This document shows positions 8,041 to 16,430 of a stretch of DNA of 61,786 nucleotides, piece by piece (position 1 is the first letter of the stretch; the number at the start of each line of letters is the position of its first letter). The position numbers were made by a program, and so were the translations under genes. The stretch comes from an uncultured Alphaproteobacteria bacterium (GTDB taxonomy: Bacteria; Pseudomonadota; Alphaproteobacteria; CAAHEQ01; UBA3637): contig CAJOPC010000019.1 in NCBI GenBank assembly GCA_905236245.1, positions 1-61,786 on the forward strand. The letters are read 5' to 3'. Under the pieces are notes generated by a model. It had not been told where the DNA came from, searched no databases, and saw only the letters and a list, made by a program, of their open reading frames with translations.

Positions 8041-10725
8041 CTATTCTACAGGCTCAGGACAAATTCTAACTTGTTGTTCTGTTGGCTCTGAAAAAGAGTG
8101 AGTTGTGGAATTCCATTCTGGGACCATACGAGTCACGGTTTCTTTTTCTACACCACAACTGCATAAACCAGTTTCTTCATTAAAGGTCCTATTCGGACAC
8201 TTAGAACATTCGGATAAAGTAGATGGATAGGAAAGGTAATCATCACATCTGATACAATCTGTTCTTGCATCTCGGATAGAATAAAAACGGTTTGAGCAGG
8301 AATCACACATGTTCTTTAAAGTAACCCCCAAAACACTAATATACGAGGTGCAATCAAAAACATTTCCATTATTATCCATGATTTGACCTTCTGGAGGCTT
8401 GTTATAACAAGTGCCTTGACTGGTAACAAAGACCATGCCACATGCCTCACACTCATTCCGATCGGTTTTGTGGCCTTCTGTGCCACAGGGGATACATTGC
8501 CCTTCATCATAACTGTAGAAAGTTGTGCCACTTGTGCAAGTTGCTGTTGCAGAGACACATTCATTACCTTGTGCTATTTCTCCAACTTTACAACATTTGT
8601 CACCGGCTTTGTTTAAGCACTCGCAGTAAGTAGTTTCTGTATTATAAAATCTGTTGGGGCAAGAATTGCACAAATCAATAAATTCTTGTAAACGTGCTTC
8701 ATATCCACCCCGGAAACCTTTGCTTCCTGTGAAAGGATAGGCGCTGAGAGTCTTGTCTTGATTGCATGACCAACATTTTGGACCACCAGACTTGTTTGGT
8801 TCTATATAACGCAATCCACTGCATTTTGCACAAGATTCTACGCTGATTGGTGTTTTTGCATTTTTTGTGTCAGAGCATTCAACACATGGTGCGCCGGTAT
8901 CACTGCTTCTCCAATAAGTATCTGGATCTGGACAAGAACTAAAACACGTTCCCTCTTGATACCAAGTATCGGGGCATTGGCTACATTCAGCACTGGACAA
9001 AGTATTGCTGTTTGATGAAGGACAAGTGGCACATGAGCCATCTGCATCGGTTATATAGGATCCTTCTGGGCAGATACATTGACCTTGTCCATCACAAAAG
9101 AATCCAGTTTTTTCGTTTAGTGTGCAAGCAGTTGTAGTATCTGCATATTCTGGAATACAGATGCCGTTATTTGCAGTCCAAGAGAGCGTGCAAGCATCTG
9201 TGTTATGTTCGCCAATTGCGCATGGATTTTCGCAAACGTGTGAAATTGCGTTGCAAGACCAATTGTCATTATCGCCATTATCGTCGCTGCAAGTTGTATG
9301 ATAAGTTGCAGTTGTTACGACTCCATTTTCAGACGTACATTGATCTAAGCACTTTGGATATTGTGCACGTAAGGCAATGCAAGCATCCAAGGCACAGACA
9401 GTTCCGTCTTGTTCTAATTTGTGATTTGTTGCGCAGGTGCATCCTCCATTGCCATTATCTGTCCAGTTGTTGGATGTATCACATACGCAAGCCTTTGATA
9501 AAGGATCATAGACAGTGCCAGGCGTCGTACATTGGATGCAACCAGTTCCATTATTCTCATATTCATCTTGACAAGTAAATGTTGATCCATCGCAGGTGGC
9601 ATTGGCTGGACAGTCTAAGCATTGTCCATTGGCAATATATTTGTTGGTATTACATATACAAGCAGAACCATTACTTTCGTATCCATTTTGACAAGTAAAT
9701 ATTGATCCATCGCAGGTGGCATTGGCTGGACAATCTAAACATTGTCCTGCGGTAACGTATTTATCTTGAGAACAAACGCAACTATTACCTGAAACACTAT
9801 ATCCATTGATACATGTAAAGTTAGTTCCGTCACAAGTAGCGTTGGTTGGACAATCTAAACATTGCCCATTAGCAACATATTTGTTGGTATTGCATACGCA
9901 AGCAGAGCCATTGCTTTCATATCCATTAAGACAATTAAAGCTTTCTCCACCAGGACAAGAGGCATTTTCTGGACATGGATTACATTGTGTATTGGCTGTA
10001 CCATAGTAGTTTTCTAGACATACACAAACTCCGGCTTTTGCTGTATAATGTTTAGAGGCATCACATACACACAATCCAGCTTGACAAACAAAGTGTGCGC
10101 CATATCCGCAGGATGTGCCATCTAAGGATGAATCTGGTTCCTCATCGCCTGTTTCAGGATTGCATTTCATACAAGGGCTAACTTGTTGACTTTGACATAA
10201 ATTTATGCATTCACCATTTTGACAAACGCCTATAGAACATGAGAAACCTTCTCGATCGTCGTCTGAGATACAAACACCACTGCTGGTATCACATGTTTCG
10301 CATTCACCACATTCTTGGTCACATTCGATAACAGGATCATAGTTGCAAGAATTATTGATACAGGTGCCTGTCCCATGACAAAGAATGTAGGTCGCCGATC
10401 CTTCCGAAGAATTGCATTCTGTTTGACAACCTTCAGGAATAAAATCACGACAGGCATCAACAACACAAGCGCCTTGTTCATTTTGATATCCTTCATTACA
10501 AGTGCATATTCCATAGATGTCAGGAGTTGCATTCGGATCATCACAACCAAAAGTAACATCTGGACTTGGGCTATTTCCGCCACCAATATGAATGCCTATA
10601 GAATCTACTCCGCTGGAGCGACTACGGCTACGACTTCCACCGCCGCCTCCGCCTCCGCCTCCGAAAGCAAGGGCGGTTGAGGAAACCAGTAATAAAACAG
10701 AAATGAAGCACAATTTTTTAAACAT
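8041..10725 (-). CDS. 894-aa secreted cysteine-rich repeat protein (VSP/furin/EGF-like Cys modules)
   Basis: Signal peptide MFKKLCFISVLLLVSSTALA, then a G8 run and SRSRSRS. The rest is wall-to-wall Cys modules, including three 40-aa tandem units C-x-C-x3-KY-x3-GQCLDCPxNATCDGxxFTCxxGY. SD GGGAGAG. Confidence 0.8.
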   Translation of the reverse strand: MFKKLCFISVLLLVSSTALAFGGGGGGGGGSRSRSRSSGVDSIGIHIGGGNSPSPDVTFGCDDPNATPDIYGICTCNEGYQNEQGACVVDACRDFIPEGCQTECNSSEGSATYILCHGTGTCINNSCNYDPVIECDQECGECETCDTSSGVCISDDDREGFSCSIGVCQNGECINLCQSQQVSPCMKCNPETGDEEPDSSLDGTSCGYGAHFVCQAGLCVCDASKHYTAKAGVCVCLENYYGTANTQCNPCPENASCPGGESFNCLNGYESNGSACVCNTNKYVANGQCLDCPTNATCDGTNFTCINGYSVSGNSCVCSQDKYVTAGQCLDCPANATCDGSIFTCQNGYESNGSACICNTNKYIANGQCLDCPANATCDGSTFTCQDEYENNGTGCIQCTTPGTVYDPLSKACVCDTSNNWTDNGNGGCTCATNHKLEQDGTVCALDACIALRAQYPKCLDQCTSENGVVTTATYHTTCSDDNGDNDNWSCNAISHVCENPCAIGEHNTDACTLSWTANNGICIPEYADTTTACTLNEKTGFFCDGQGQCICPEGSYITDADGSCATCPSSNSNTLSSAECSQCPDTWYQEGTCFSSCPDPDTYWRSSDTGAPCVECSDTKNAKTPISVESCAKCSGLRYIEPNKSGGPKCWSCNQDKTLSAYPFTGSKGFRGGYEARLQEFIDLCNSCPNRFYNTETTYCECLNKAGDKCCKVGEIAQGNECVSATATCTSGTTFYSYDEGQCIPCGTEGHKTDRNECEACGMVFVTSQGTCYNKPPEGQIMDNNGNVFDCTSYISVLGVTLKNMCDSCSNRFYSIRDARTDCIRCDDYLSYPSTLSECSKCPNRTFNEETGLCSCGVEKETVTRMVPEWNSTTHSFSEPTEQQVRICPEPVE
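9571..9930 (-). repeat. three tandem 120-nt coding repeats
   Basis: Units start at 9571, 9691 and 9811, with a degenerate fourth at 9931. Long identical runs occur between units 1 and 2, e.g. tgatccatcgcaggtggcattggctggaca. Confidence 0.85.
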
Positions 10726-10742
10726 GCAACTCTCCCGCCATC

Positions 10743-10771
10743 ATTTAAATCTAAATTTTTTTTAGTGTCAA
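10743..10771 (-). promoter_or_regulatory. sigma70-type promoter of the 894-aa gene
   Basis: The minus strand reads TTGACA-17 nt-TTAAAT. Confidence 0.45.
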
Positions 10772-10785
10772 GTAAAATTTTCAAA

Positions 10786-10816
10786 AAGAAGAGCCCCTCA
10801 AGTTGGGGGGCTTTTT
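10786..10816 (-). terminator. terminator downstream of tRNA-Asp
   Basis: AGCCCC/GGGGCT hairpin, followed on the minus strand by a T-rich run. Confidence 0.5.
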
Positions 10817-10824
10817 AAAATAAA

Positions 10825-10902
10825 TGGCGGGATTGAAGGGGCTCGAACCCTCGACCTTCTGCGTGACAGGCAGACGCTCTAAACCAGCTGAGCTACAACC
10901 CC
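10825..10902 (-). tRNA. tRNA-Asp (GTC)
   Basis: Acceptor stem GGGGTTG/CAATCCC, discriminator G, encoded CCA. Anticodon stem TCTGC/GCAGA with loop CTGTCAC. T-loop TTCGAGC. Confidence 0.9.
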
Positions 10903-11004
10903 GCAATCACGAGAACAGTTCCTATTTTACCCAATTTAAAAATAAATTGCAAGACTTTTTTTTGTTTTTTTAAACTACAATGCAAAATTATTGAAATAAA
11001 AGGG

Positions 11005-12198
11005 TTATTGAGACGTTTCTTTTGATAGTGGCCCGGTCCATTGATTGGCGTCATCTGCTTCGATACGTTCTACTATTTCGTGAATTATTTCAATTTTCGG
11101 ATCAGTAGGTTGATGTTTTTTAAGTTTTATAGAATGAGGGGGGGCTTCTATAATATATCTTTTTCCCCGCTCAGAAAGTTCCTGGGCGTCAGTTTTTTCG
11201 CATATATTTTCAACCGCTGTTGAAATTTCGCCCTTTTTTCCCGATTGAGTATTAACATAGCAATTATAATTTGATGATCCGCAACATTTGGCAGTTTGAG
11301 TCTGTATAGTTCCAAGATTTTGAATTCCAGTTCCTTTCTTAGATGCATGGCTTGTTCCAACAAGGGATTCGCTGATAATTTTTCCCCAGTTGCTGATGCC
11401 TGCATTTCGGCCAATGCCTTCTATATCGTCGGCTTCGATAACTCCATAATTTGATATGCCAGACATATATAGCTTTTTGTTTTTGGAGGCTTTTGCAGTC
11501 GCAAAAATATGTTTAGCTTGAATGGTGGCTTTTTTGGAATTAAGGATACCATGCCAAACGCCAGTTGCTTCAATTCTATCCGCAATAATTGTTCCTTCAC
11601 CTTCATTGTCTCCATTGCTAATAGCATTATTGTTTTTGTGGGCGTTTGCTCTGATGTTTGTTGCAGTTATTAAGCCATTATTTGAAAAAACTGTATAACT
11701 TGTGAGATTGCAATCGGCTGTAATCTCTTGGGCCTCAATCGTGGCTTTTTCTGAATTTGTTAGCCCACACATTATATTATATTGCTTGATTTTTGGTATA
11801 GCAATGGGTTCTGCGGGCCCCATTTGTAGTGGCTCTATAATAAAATTCTCGAGGGATATTGTAATCTTGTCAGCTTTAATTGCCCCGCCATTGTGTAAGG
11901 ACCATGTTTTTATGTTTCTAGCTGTAATGTTTACGGAATAATTGCTATTGTTTGCTACTACAATTAATCCGCCGGGAGTCATACAGACGATATCGCATTC
12001 CGGTATATCAAGGCTGTGTCTTAAATAAGCCTGAGTGGATTTTTGGGGAGCCTCAGACAAAATTTCAATTGTATCTTCCCCATGCATTTTAAATTCTGTT
12101 TGTTTATAACCTGCATCCAGCATGGCTTGCTCACATGAAACTGCCCAAGCTGATGTGGAGGCTAAGAGTAAGGTTCCATATAGGATAAATTTCAACAT
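11005..12198 (-). CDS. secreted protein with degenerate beta-helix-like repeats
   Basis: Signal peptide MLKFILYGTLLLASTSAWA. Recurrent [IF]-S/Q-N-x-G-x-I motifs (FSNNGLITA, ISNYGVIEA, ISNWGKIIS, IQNLGTIQT) and one GGAI. SD GAGGAAGAG. The start overlaps the fabD stop by 7 nt. Confidence 0.55.
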   Translation of the reverse strand: MLKFILYGTLLLASTSAWAVSCEQAMLDAGYKQTEFKMHGEDTIEILSEAPQKSTQAYLRHSLDIPECDIVCMTPGGLIVVANNSNYSVNITARNIKTWSLHNGGAIKADKITISLENFIIEPLQMGPAEPIAIPKIKQYNIMCGLTNSEKATIEAQEITADCNLTSYTVFSNNGLITATNIRANAHKNNNAISNGDNEGEGTIIADRIEATGVWHGILNSKKATIQAKHIFATAKASKNKKLYMSGISNYGVIEADDIEGIGRNAGISNWGKIISESLVGTSHASKKGTGIQNLGTIQTQTAKCCGSSNYNCYVNTQSGKKGEISTAVENICEKTDAQELSERGKRYIIEAPPHSIKLKKHQPTDPKIEIIHEIVERIEADDANQWTGPLSKETSQ

Positions 12199-13115
12199 TT
12201 CTCTTCCTCTAATAACTTGCGGATGTTTCCGGAAGTATTAGCCTGTTTGATTTTGGCTTCTGGTAAAATGCGCTTAATTAAGCCGGATAAAACTTCGCCA
12301 GGCCCACATTCAACAAAGTCTGTTCCTTGTGTATTTGTAATAAGTTCTCTCCAACGAACAGGGTGAGTAATTTGTTGTGTTAACAATTGAGCATATGTTC
12401 TCGGATTGTTTTCAATGTTTGCAGATACATTAAAATATATGGGGATCTTTGGAGCGGAAAAATTGATTGCATCGAGGGCCGGTGCCATTTTGTCTGCGGC
12501 AGAGGCCATTAAAGGAGAATGGAAAGCCCCCATAACAGGTAAAGGGATAACTCGTTTAATAAGCATTTTTTCGGCTAAGGCAGTTGCTTGTTCAAGTGTT
12601 TTAACTGTGCCGCTTAGTATAATTTGTCCAGGGGCATTATCATTGGCAACATAGCAATTTGCTTGAGATGCAATTTCTTTGGCCTGATCCGGTGTGGCCC
12701 CGATTAAAGCAATCATGCCACCATTTTCTTTTTGACAAGCTTCGGCCATTGCTAAACCGCGCAACCTTAACAATTTGGTTGTTTCTGCTAAGCTAAGGAC
12801 CCCTCCTGCACATAAAGCGCTATATTCGCCTAAGGAGTGGCCGGCGAGAGCAGTAGGATTTTCTATCCCTTGAGCCTTTAAGCTTCGAAAAGCTGCAATG
12901 GATACAGCCATGATTGCGGGTTGTGCGTTTTGTGTTTGTGTGAGTTCGGCTAAATCTCCCGAAAACATCAAGGCACTCAAATTTTGGTGTAAAGTCTCAT
13001 CAACTTCTTCAAAAACGTGTTTTGCTTCGACAAAATTTTGGGCTAAATCTGCACCCATACCAACATATTGGGAACCTTGTCCAGGAAATACAAAAATTAC
13101 TTTTTTATTTAACAT
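12192..13115 (-). CDS. fabD: malonyl-CoA:ACP transacylase
   Basis: VFPGQGSQYVGMG and the active-site motif GHSLGEYSAL. Confidence 0.9.
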   Translation of the reverse strand: MLNKKVIFVFPGQGSQYVGMGADLAQNFVEAKHVFEEVDETLHQNLSALMFSGDLAELTQTQNAQPAIMAVSIAAFRSLKAQGIENPTALAGHSLGEYSALCAGGVLSLAETTKLLRLRGLAMAEACQKENGGMIALIGATPDQAKEIASQANCYVANDNAPGQIILSGTVKTLEQATALAEKMLIKRVIPLPVMGAFHSPLMASAADKMAPALDAINFSAPKIPIYFNVSANIENNPRTYAQLLTQQITHPVRWRELITNTQGTDFVECGPGEVLSGLIKRILPEAKIKQANTSGNIRKLLEEEKC

Positions 13116-13185
13116 ATTTTGAGCATACCAAATTTTAAGAGGAAAATCAACTGATATAATTTTTCAGAATAATAGTAAAAAATTG

Positions 13186-13214
13186 TTGACATTGTTTTTC
13201 AAGTATGTTAAAAT
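13186..13214 (+). promoter_or_regulatory. sigma70-type promoter of the leuA-like leader
   Basis: TTGACA-17 nt-TAAAAT. The predicted TSS is about 13221. Confidence 0.55.
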
Positions 13215-13222
13215 CCGTTTCC

Positions 13223-13282
13223 ATGAATAGAAATATCTTGCGAATTTTGCTAATTTTGGGTAAGGAGTCTCAAGTTTCCTGA
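13223..13282 (+). promoter_or_regulatory. candidate leader mini-ORF (19 aa, Leu/Ile-rich)
   Basis: ATG at 13223 encodes MNRNILRILLILGKESQVS. There is no SD, but the ATG sits at the predicted TSS, so it may be leaderless. Seven of eight consecutive codons are Leu or Ile. Confidence 0.3.
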
Positions 13283-13317
13283 AAGGATAGCGTTTTCACA
13301 AGATAGAAGAATAACCG

Positions 13318-13346
13318 AGCACCCTTTTAGGAAGGGTGCTTTTTTT
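13318..13346 (+). terminator. intrinsic terminator inside a 5' leader (attenuator or riboswitch expression platform)
   Basis: AGCACCCTT-ttagg-AAGGGTGCT perfect 9-bp stem followed by TTTTTT. It ends 20 nt before the CDS start. Confidence 0.65.
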
Positions 13347-13365
13347 ATGAATGAAGGAGCATAAA

Positions 13366-14544
13366 ATGCCAGATATGAGGCAACCTATTTTTTACGATAC
13401 AACGCTGCGTGATGGTAGCCAGGCCCTGCGTCGGCCATGGAATCACGAGGAAAAGGCTTTGATTTTTAATCGATTGGTTGCTTTGGGTATTAAAGCAATT
13501 GAAGTAGGCTTCCCAGCGGCTAGTGAGATGGATTTTAAATCATGTTGTTCATTAGCTAAAAAGGCGCCGATGGATGTTATTGTTAGTGTTTTGGCTCGTG
13601 CTGTGCCGGATGATGTTGTGAAGGCGGTTGAGGCCGTAAAAGAAGCCAATCATCCGCGTTTAAATATTTTTTTAATGATGAATTCGCTGGGGGTTCAACA
13701 TGTTTTAAAAAAGACGATGGAAGAGGTAACACAAATGGCTGTTTCTTCTGTCGAGCTTGCAAAAAAATTATTGCCACCAAGAGGGGAGATTGAATTTTCC
13801 GTAGAACATTTTGGCGATTGTCAGGATAATTTACCCGAAGTTTTGGATGCGCTTGAAAAAATTGTGAATGCGGGGGCAACAATTATCAATTTGCCTAATA
13901 CCGTAGAACGGACGCGCCCTTCTGAGTTTGTTAAATTGGTGTGCGCAGTGAAGGAAAGATTAGGTAATCGAGTTCAACTTTCTGTGCATTGTCATAATGA
14001 TTTAGGAATGGCAACCGCCACAACCGTGGAAAGCTTTTTTGCGGGTGCTTCTCAATTGGAAGTGACTGTAAATGGTTTGGGGGAACGGTGTGGAAATACT
14101 AATTTATTTGAAGTCGCTGTAGCATTGTATAATGCGGGGATTTCAATCCCATTAAAAATGAATCAATTTTATTATACCGCCTGTTTTGTTGCAGATATGG
14201 CACATATTGAAATTGCGGAAAAGGCGCCTTTGATGGGCAGTGATTGCTTTGTGCATAGGAGCGGAGTTCATCAAGATGGAGCAAACAAGACAAAATCCTT
14301 GTTTAAACAACAATATATTGCTTATCCGCCAGAGCTTATCGGTCGTATGGATGGAGAGAAGTTTGTTTTTACAAATCAATCTGGGAAATTAGCTTTACAA
14401 CTTTTATGCAAGCAAAATGGAGTGACTTTAACTGTGGAACAATTAGCTATGTTAATGCCTAAGGCAAAACAGCTGGCAGCAGAACAAGGGGAACTGTCTG
14501 CACTAGATTTAAAACCATTATTGGATGAAGTTGTGAATTTTTAA
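13366..14544 (+). CDS. 2-isopropylmalate synthase-like DRE-TIM enzyme (LeuA type-2 catalytic core, no regulatory domain)
   Basis: YDTTLRDGSQAL, EVGFPAASEMDF, LSVHCHNDLGMATATT, NGLGERCGNTNL and HRSGVHQDGANK. It is about 392 aa, against more than 500 aa for full-length LeuA. SD GAAGGAG lies before the ATG at 13366. Confidence 0.75.
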   Translation: MPDMRQPIFYDTTLRDGSQALRRPWNHEEKALIFNRLVALGIKAIEVGFPAASEMDFKSCCSLAKKAPMDVIVSVLARAVPDDVVKAVEAVKEANHPRLNIFLMMNSLGVQHVLKKTMEEVTQMAVSSVELAKKLLPPRGEIEFSVEHFGDCQDNLPEVLDALEKIVNAGATIINLPNTVERTRPSEFVKLVCAVKERLGNRVQLSVHCHNDLGMATATTVESFFAGASQLEVTVNGLGERCGNTNLFEVAVALYNAGISIPLKMNQFYYTACFVADMAHIEIAEKAPLMGSDCFVHRSGVHQDGANKTKSLFKQQYIAYPPELIGRMDGEKFVFTNQSGKLALQLLCKQNGVTLTVEQLAMLMPKAKQLAAEQGELSALDLKPLLDEVVNF

Positions 14545-14609
14545 TTGACTTAATTAGTATTTTATGTTAAACATATACTTATATTTAACAGCTAAAAAGG
14601 AGTTTTTAA

Positions 14610-15152
14610 ATGAAGTATAGATGTTTAGTTTGTGGTCAGGTTTTTGATGTGGCAGATGGTGAAGTTCCTCAATGTCCTGTATGTAAAGCAACAGGGGATA
14701 AGGTTGTTCCATACAAGGAGGAAGCATTAACATGGGCCGCTGAACATGCAATTGCAATTGCAAAAGATGTTGATTCAGAAATTGTGGATGGATTGCGTAA
14801 TAATTTTAATGGAGAATGTTCCGAGGTTGGTATGTATCTCGCTATGGCACGTCAAGCTATGCGTGAAGGTTATCCAGAGATCGCTATAACATTAGAAAAG
14901 ATTGCCCATGAAGAAGCTGAGCATGCCGCGCGTTTTGCGGAGATGTTGGGAGAGTTAGTTGAATCCAGCACCAAGATTAATTTGGAAAAAATGTTAAATG
15001 GTGAAAATGGGGCTTGTCATGGTAAAACGGCAATTGCCAAAAAGGCAAAAGAATTAAATTTAGATGCAATTCATGATTCTGTTCATGAAATGGCACGCGA
15101 TGAAGCTCGCCATGGAAAAGCTTTGGAAGCTTTGTTGAAACGGTATTTTTAA
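14610..15152 (+). CDS. rbr: rubrerythrin with reversed domain order
   Basis: N-terminal rubredoxin-like CLVCGQ...CPVC, then a ferritin-like diiron domain with EEAEHAARF and DEARHGKAL. Confidence 0.85.
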   Translation: MKYRCLVCGQVFDVADGEVPQCPVCKATGDKVVPYKEEALTWAAEHAIAIAKDVDSEIVDGLRNNFNGECSEVGMYLAMARQAMREGYPEIAITLEKIAHEEAEHAARFAEMLGELVESSTKINLEKMLNGENGACHGKTAIAKKAKELNLDAIHDSVHEMARDEARHGKALEALLKRYF

Positions 15153-15171
15153 TTTTTAAAGAGTGATTTTG

Positions 15172-15840
15172 ATGAAGCAGGGGGAATTACATCTTTTTAT
15201 TTTATGGGAACGCGGTCAATCTCAAAAGGAGCGTATTTCCACAGACATCGAAAAGAATTTTTCGTTGTTAAAAGTTGTTGATGTATTATGGAATCCGCAA
15301 TATTTTCACCAGAATTTGTCTCGTTTTTATGGTAAAAAATTAAAAAAATCTTATAAAAAGGACAAAATTATTGGAACTGGCCGTTTCACTGTTTTTATTG
15401 TTTGTGATGAGGATGCTGCTTCACATACAGCTCATGGTAAAAATTCGAAAATGTTAGAATTTAAAATAAAGTATCGAAGATGGCTGGGTGATAATCTGTT
15501 GCATGCAAGTGATAGCGCTTTGGAGGCAAAGGAAAATTTACTGTTTTTATTCCATATGTCTGACGAAGAATTAAGAACAAATTATATGAAATTGCCTGCT
15601 TTGTATAATCAAGGAGCGTTGGCAGAAAAGGGCTTTGAAACACAAAAAAGTTTTGAGAGCACATTAAATCGATTGCCTTTTGAAGTTCAATGCTTGGGAA
15701 ATAATATTTATCATTCAAAGTATCCGCAAATGATGGAACGCTTGTTGAATGCTAACCCCAGAAAATGGTTGTTTATCAGTCGTAAAGGAAAATACAAAGT
15801 AAAAATTGCAAAACAATATATCAATATTCAGTTGATATGA
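15172..15840 (+). CDS. hypothetical protein
   Basis: 222-aa ORF from the ATG at 15172. I recognise no motif. Confidence 0.5.
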   Translation: MKQGELHLFILWERGQSQKERISTDIEKNFSLLKVVDVLWNPQYFHQNLSRFYGKKLKKSYKKDKIIGTGRFTVFIVCDEDAASHTAHGKNSKMLEFKIKYRRWLGDNLLHASDSALEAKENLLFLFHMSDEELRTNYMKLPALYNQGALAEKGFETQKSFESTLNRLPFEVQCLGNNIYHSKYPQMMERLLNANPRKWLFISRKGKYKVKIAKQYINIQLI

Positions 15841-15845
15841 AATGA

Positions 15846-16361
15846 TTAGTTGTTTTGATAGGGGAGTGGCTTCATTTGAATTTGAGAGTTAAATTCATAC
15901 TTTTTCCATGGGTTGAGTAAGGCGGCGCTAGGTCCTCCGATAAACATGTTGTATAGATCGAGAACAAGAGAGAACGGTAAACATAAAATCACAGGCGGTT
16001 CTTCAAAAGTATGAACAAGAATAAACAATGTGTTGTAAGGTATCATCAACAAGGCTCCGCTTTCTCGTTGCGAACCAGCTAAAAGAGGTTGCCAGCTTGC
16101 CCATGGTTCATCGCTCCATTCACTAGATAGTTTCAGTTGATAATCTTGATATCCAGGCTTTTTAATTGTCACCTTTTTATCAAACCATGAGCGAAAGACG
16201 GTAAAACGTGCATAGTTGTTGTTTGTTTTAACAATTTGTCCATCGTACTCTACCTGTGATCCCGGCGGAACTTGTAAACTGATTTGTTGTTCATGAGAAT
16301 AATAAGCTGGGAATAAACAGCCGCCTAATAAAAACGAAAGAAGTAAAATTGCTTTTTTCAT
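15846..16361 (-). CDS. lipoprotein (hypothetical)
   Basis: MKKAILLLSFLLGGC lipobox. Confidence 0.65.
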   Translation of the reverse strand: MKKAILLLSFLLGGCLFPAYYSHEQQISLQVPPGSQVEYDGQIVKTNNNYARFTVFRSWFDKKVTIKKPGYQDYQLKLSSEWSDEPWASWQPLLAGSQRESGALLMIPYNTLFILVHTFEEPPVILCLPFSLVLDLYNMFIGGPSAALLNPWKKYEFNSQIQMKPLPYQNN

Positions 16362-16430
16362 TACATGCCTTTCATAGAAAGTTCCTTAGATTTATTTAAA
16401 CATAAAATTTATTCGAAATCAAGATACTTT

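Noticed and set aside
9571-9930. Regularly spaced 120-nt repeats, considered as a possible CRISPR-like array.
   Set aside because: The units are contiguous with no spacers, lie in frame inside a CDS and encode a 40-aa Cys module. No cas genes are present.
8316-10680. Many 60-135-aa ORFs on both strands inside the 894-aa gene (e.g. 8316-8564, 8383-8616, 9171-9578, 10230-10586, 10315-10680).
   Set aside because: They are shadow ORFs of a long, repeat-rich CDS. They have no SD or promoter and low-complexity translations. The long frame, with its signal peptide and periodic Cys modules, explains the region.
13215-13365. The leuA-like leader, considered as a T-box or other known riboswitch.
   Set aside because: It is too short for a T-box (about 125 nt) and has no specifier or T-box sequence. 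I cannot match it to any riboswitch consensus from memory. I kept it only as a generic attenuator candidate.
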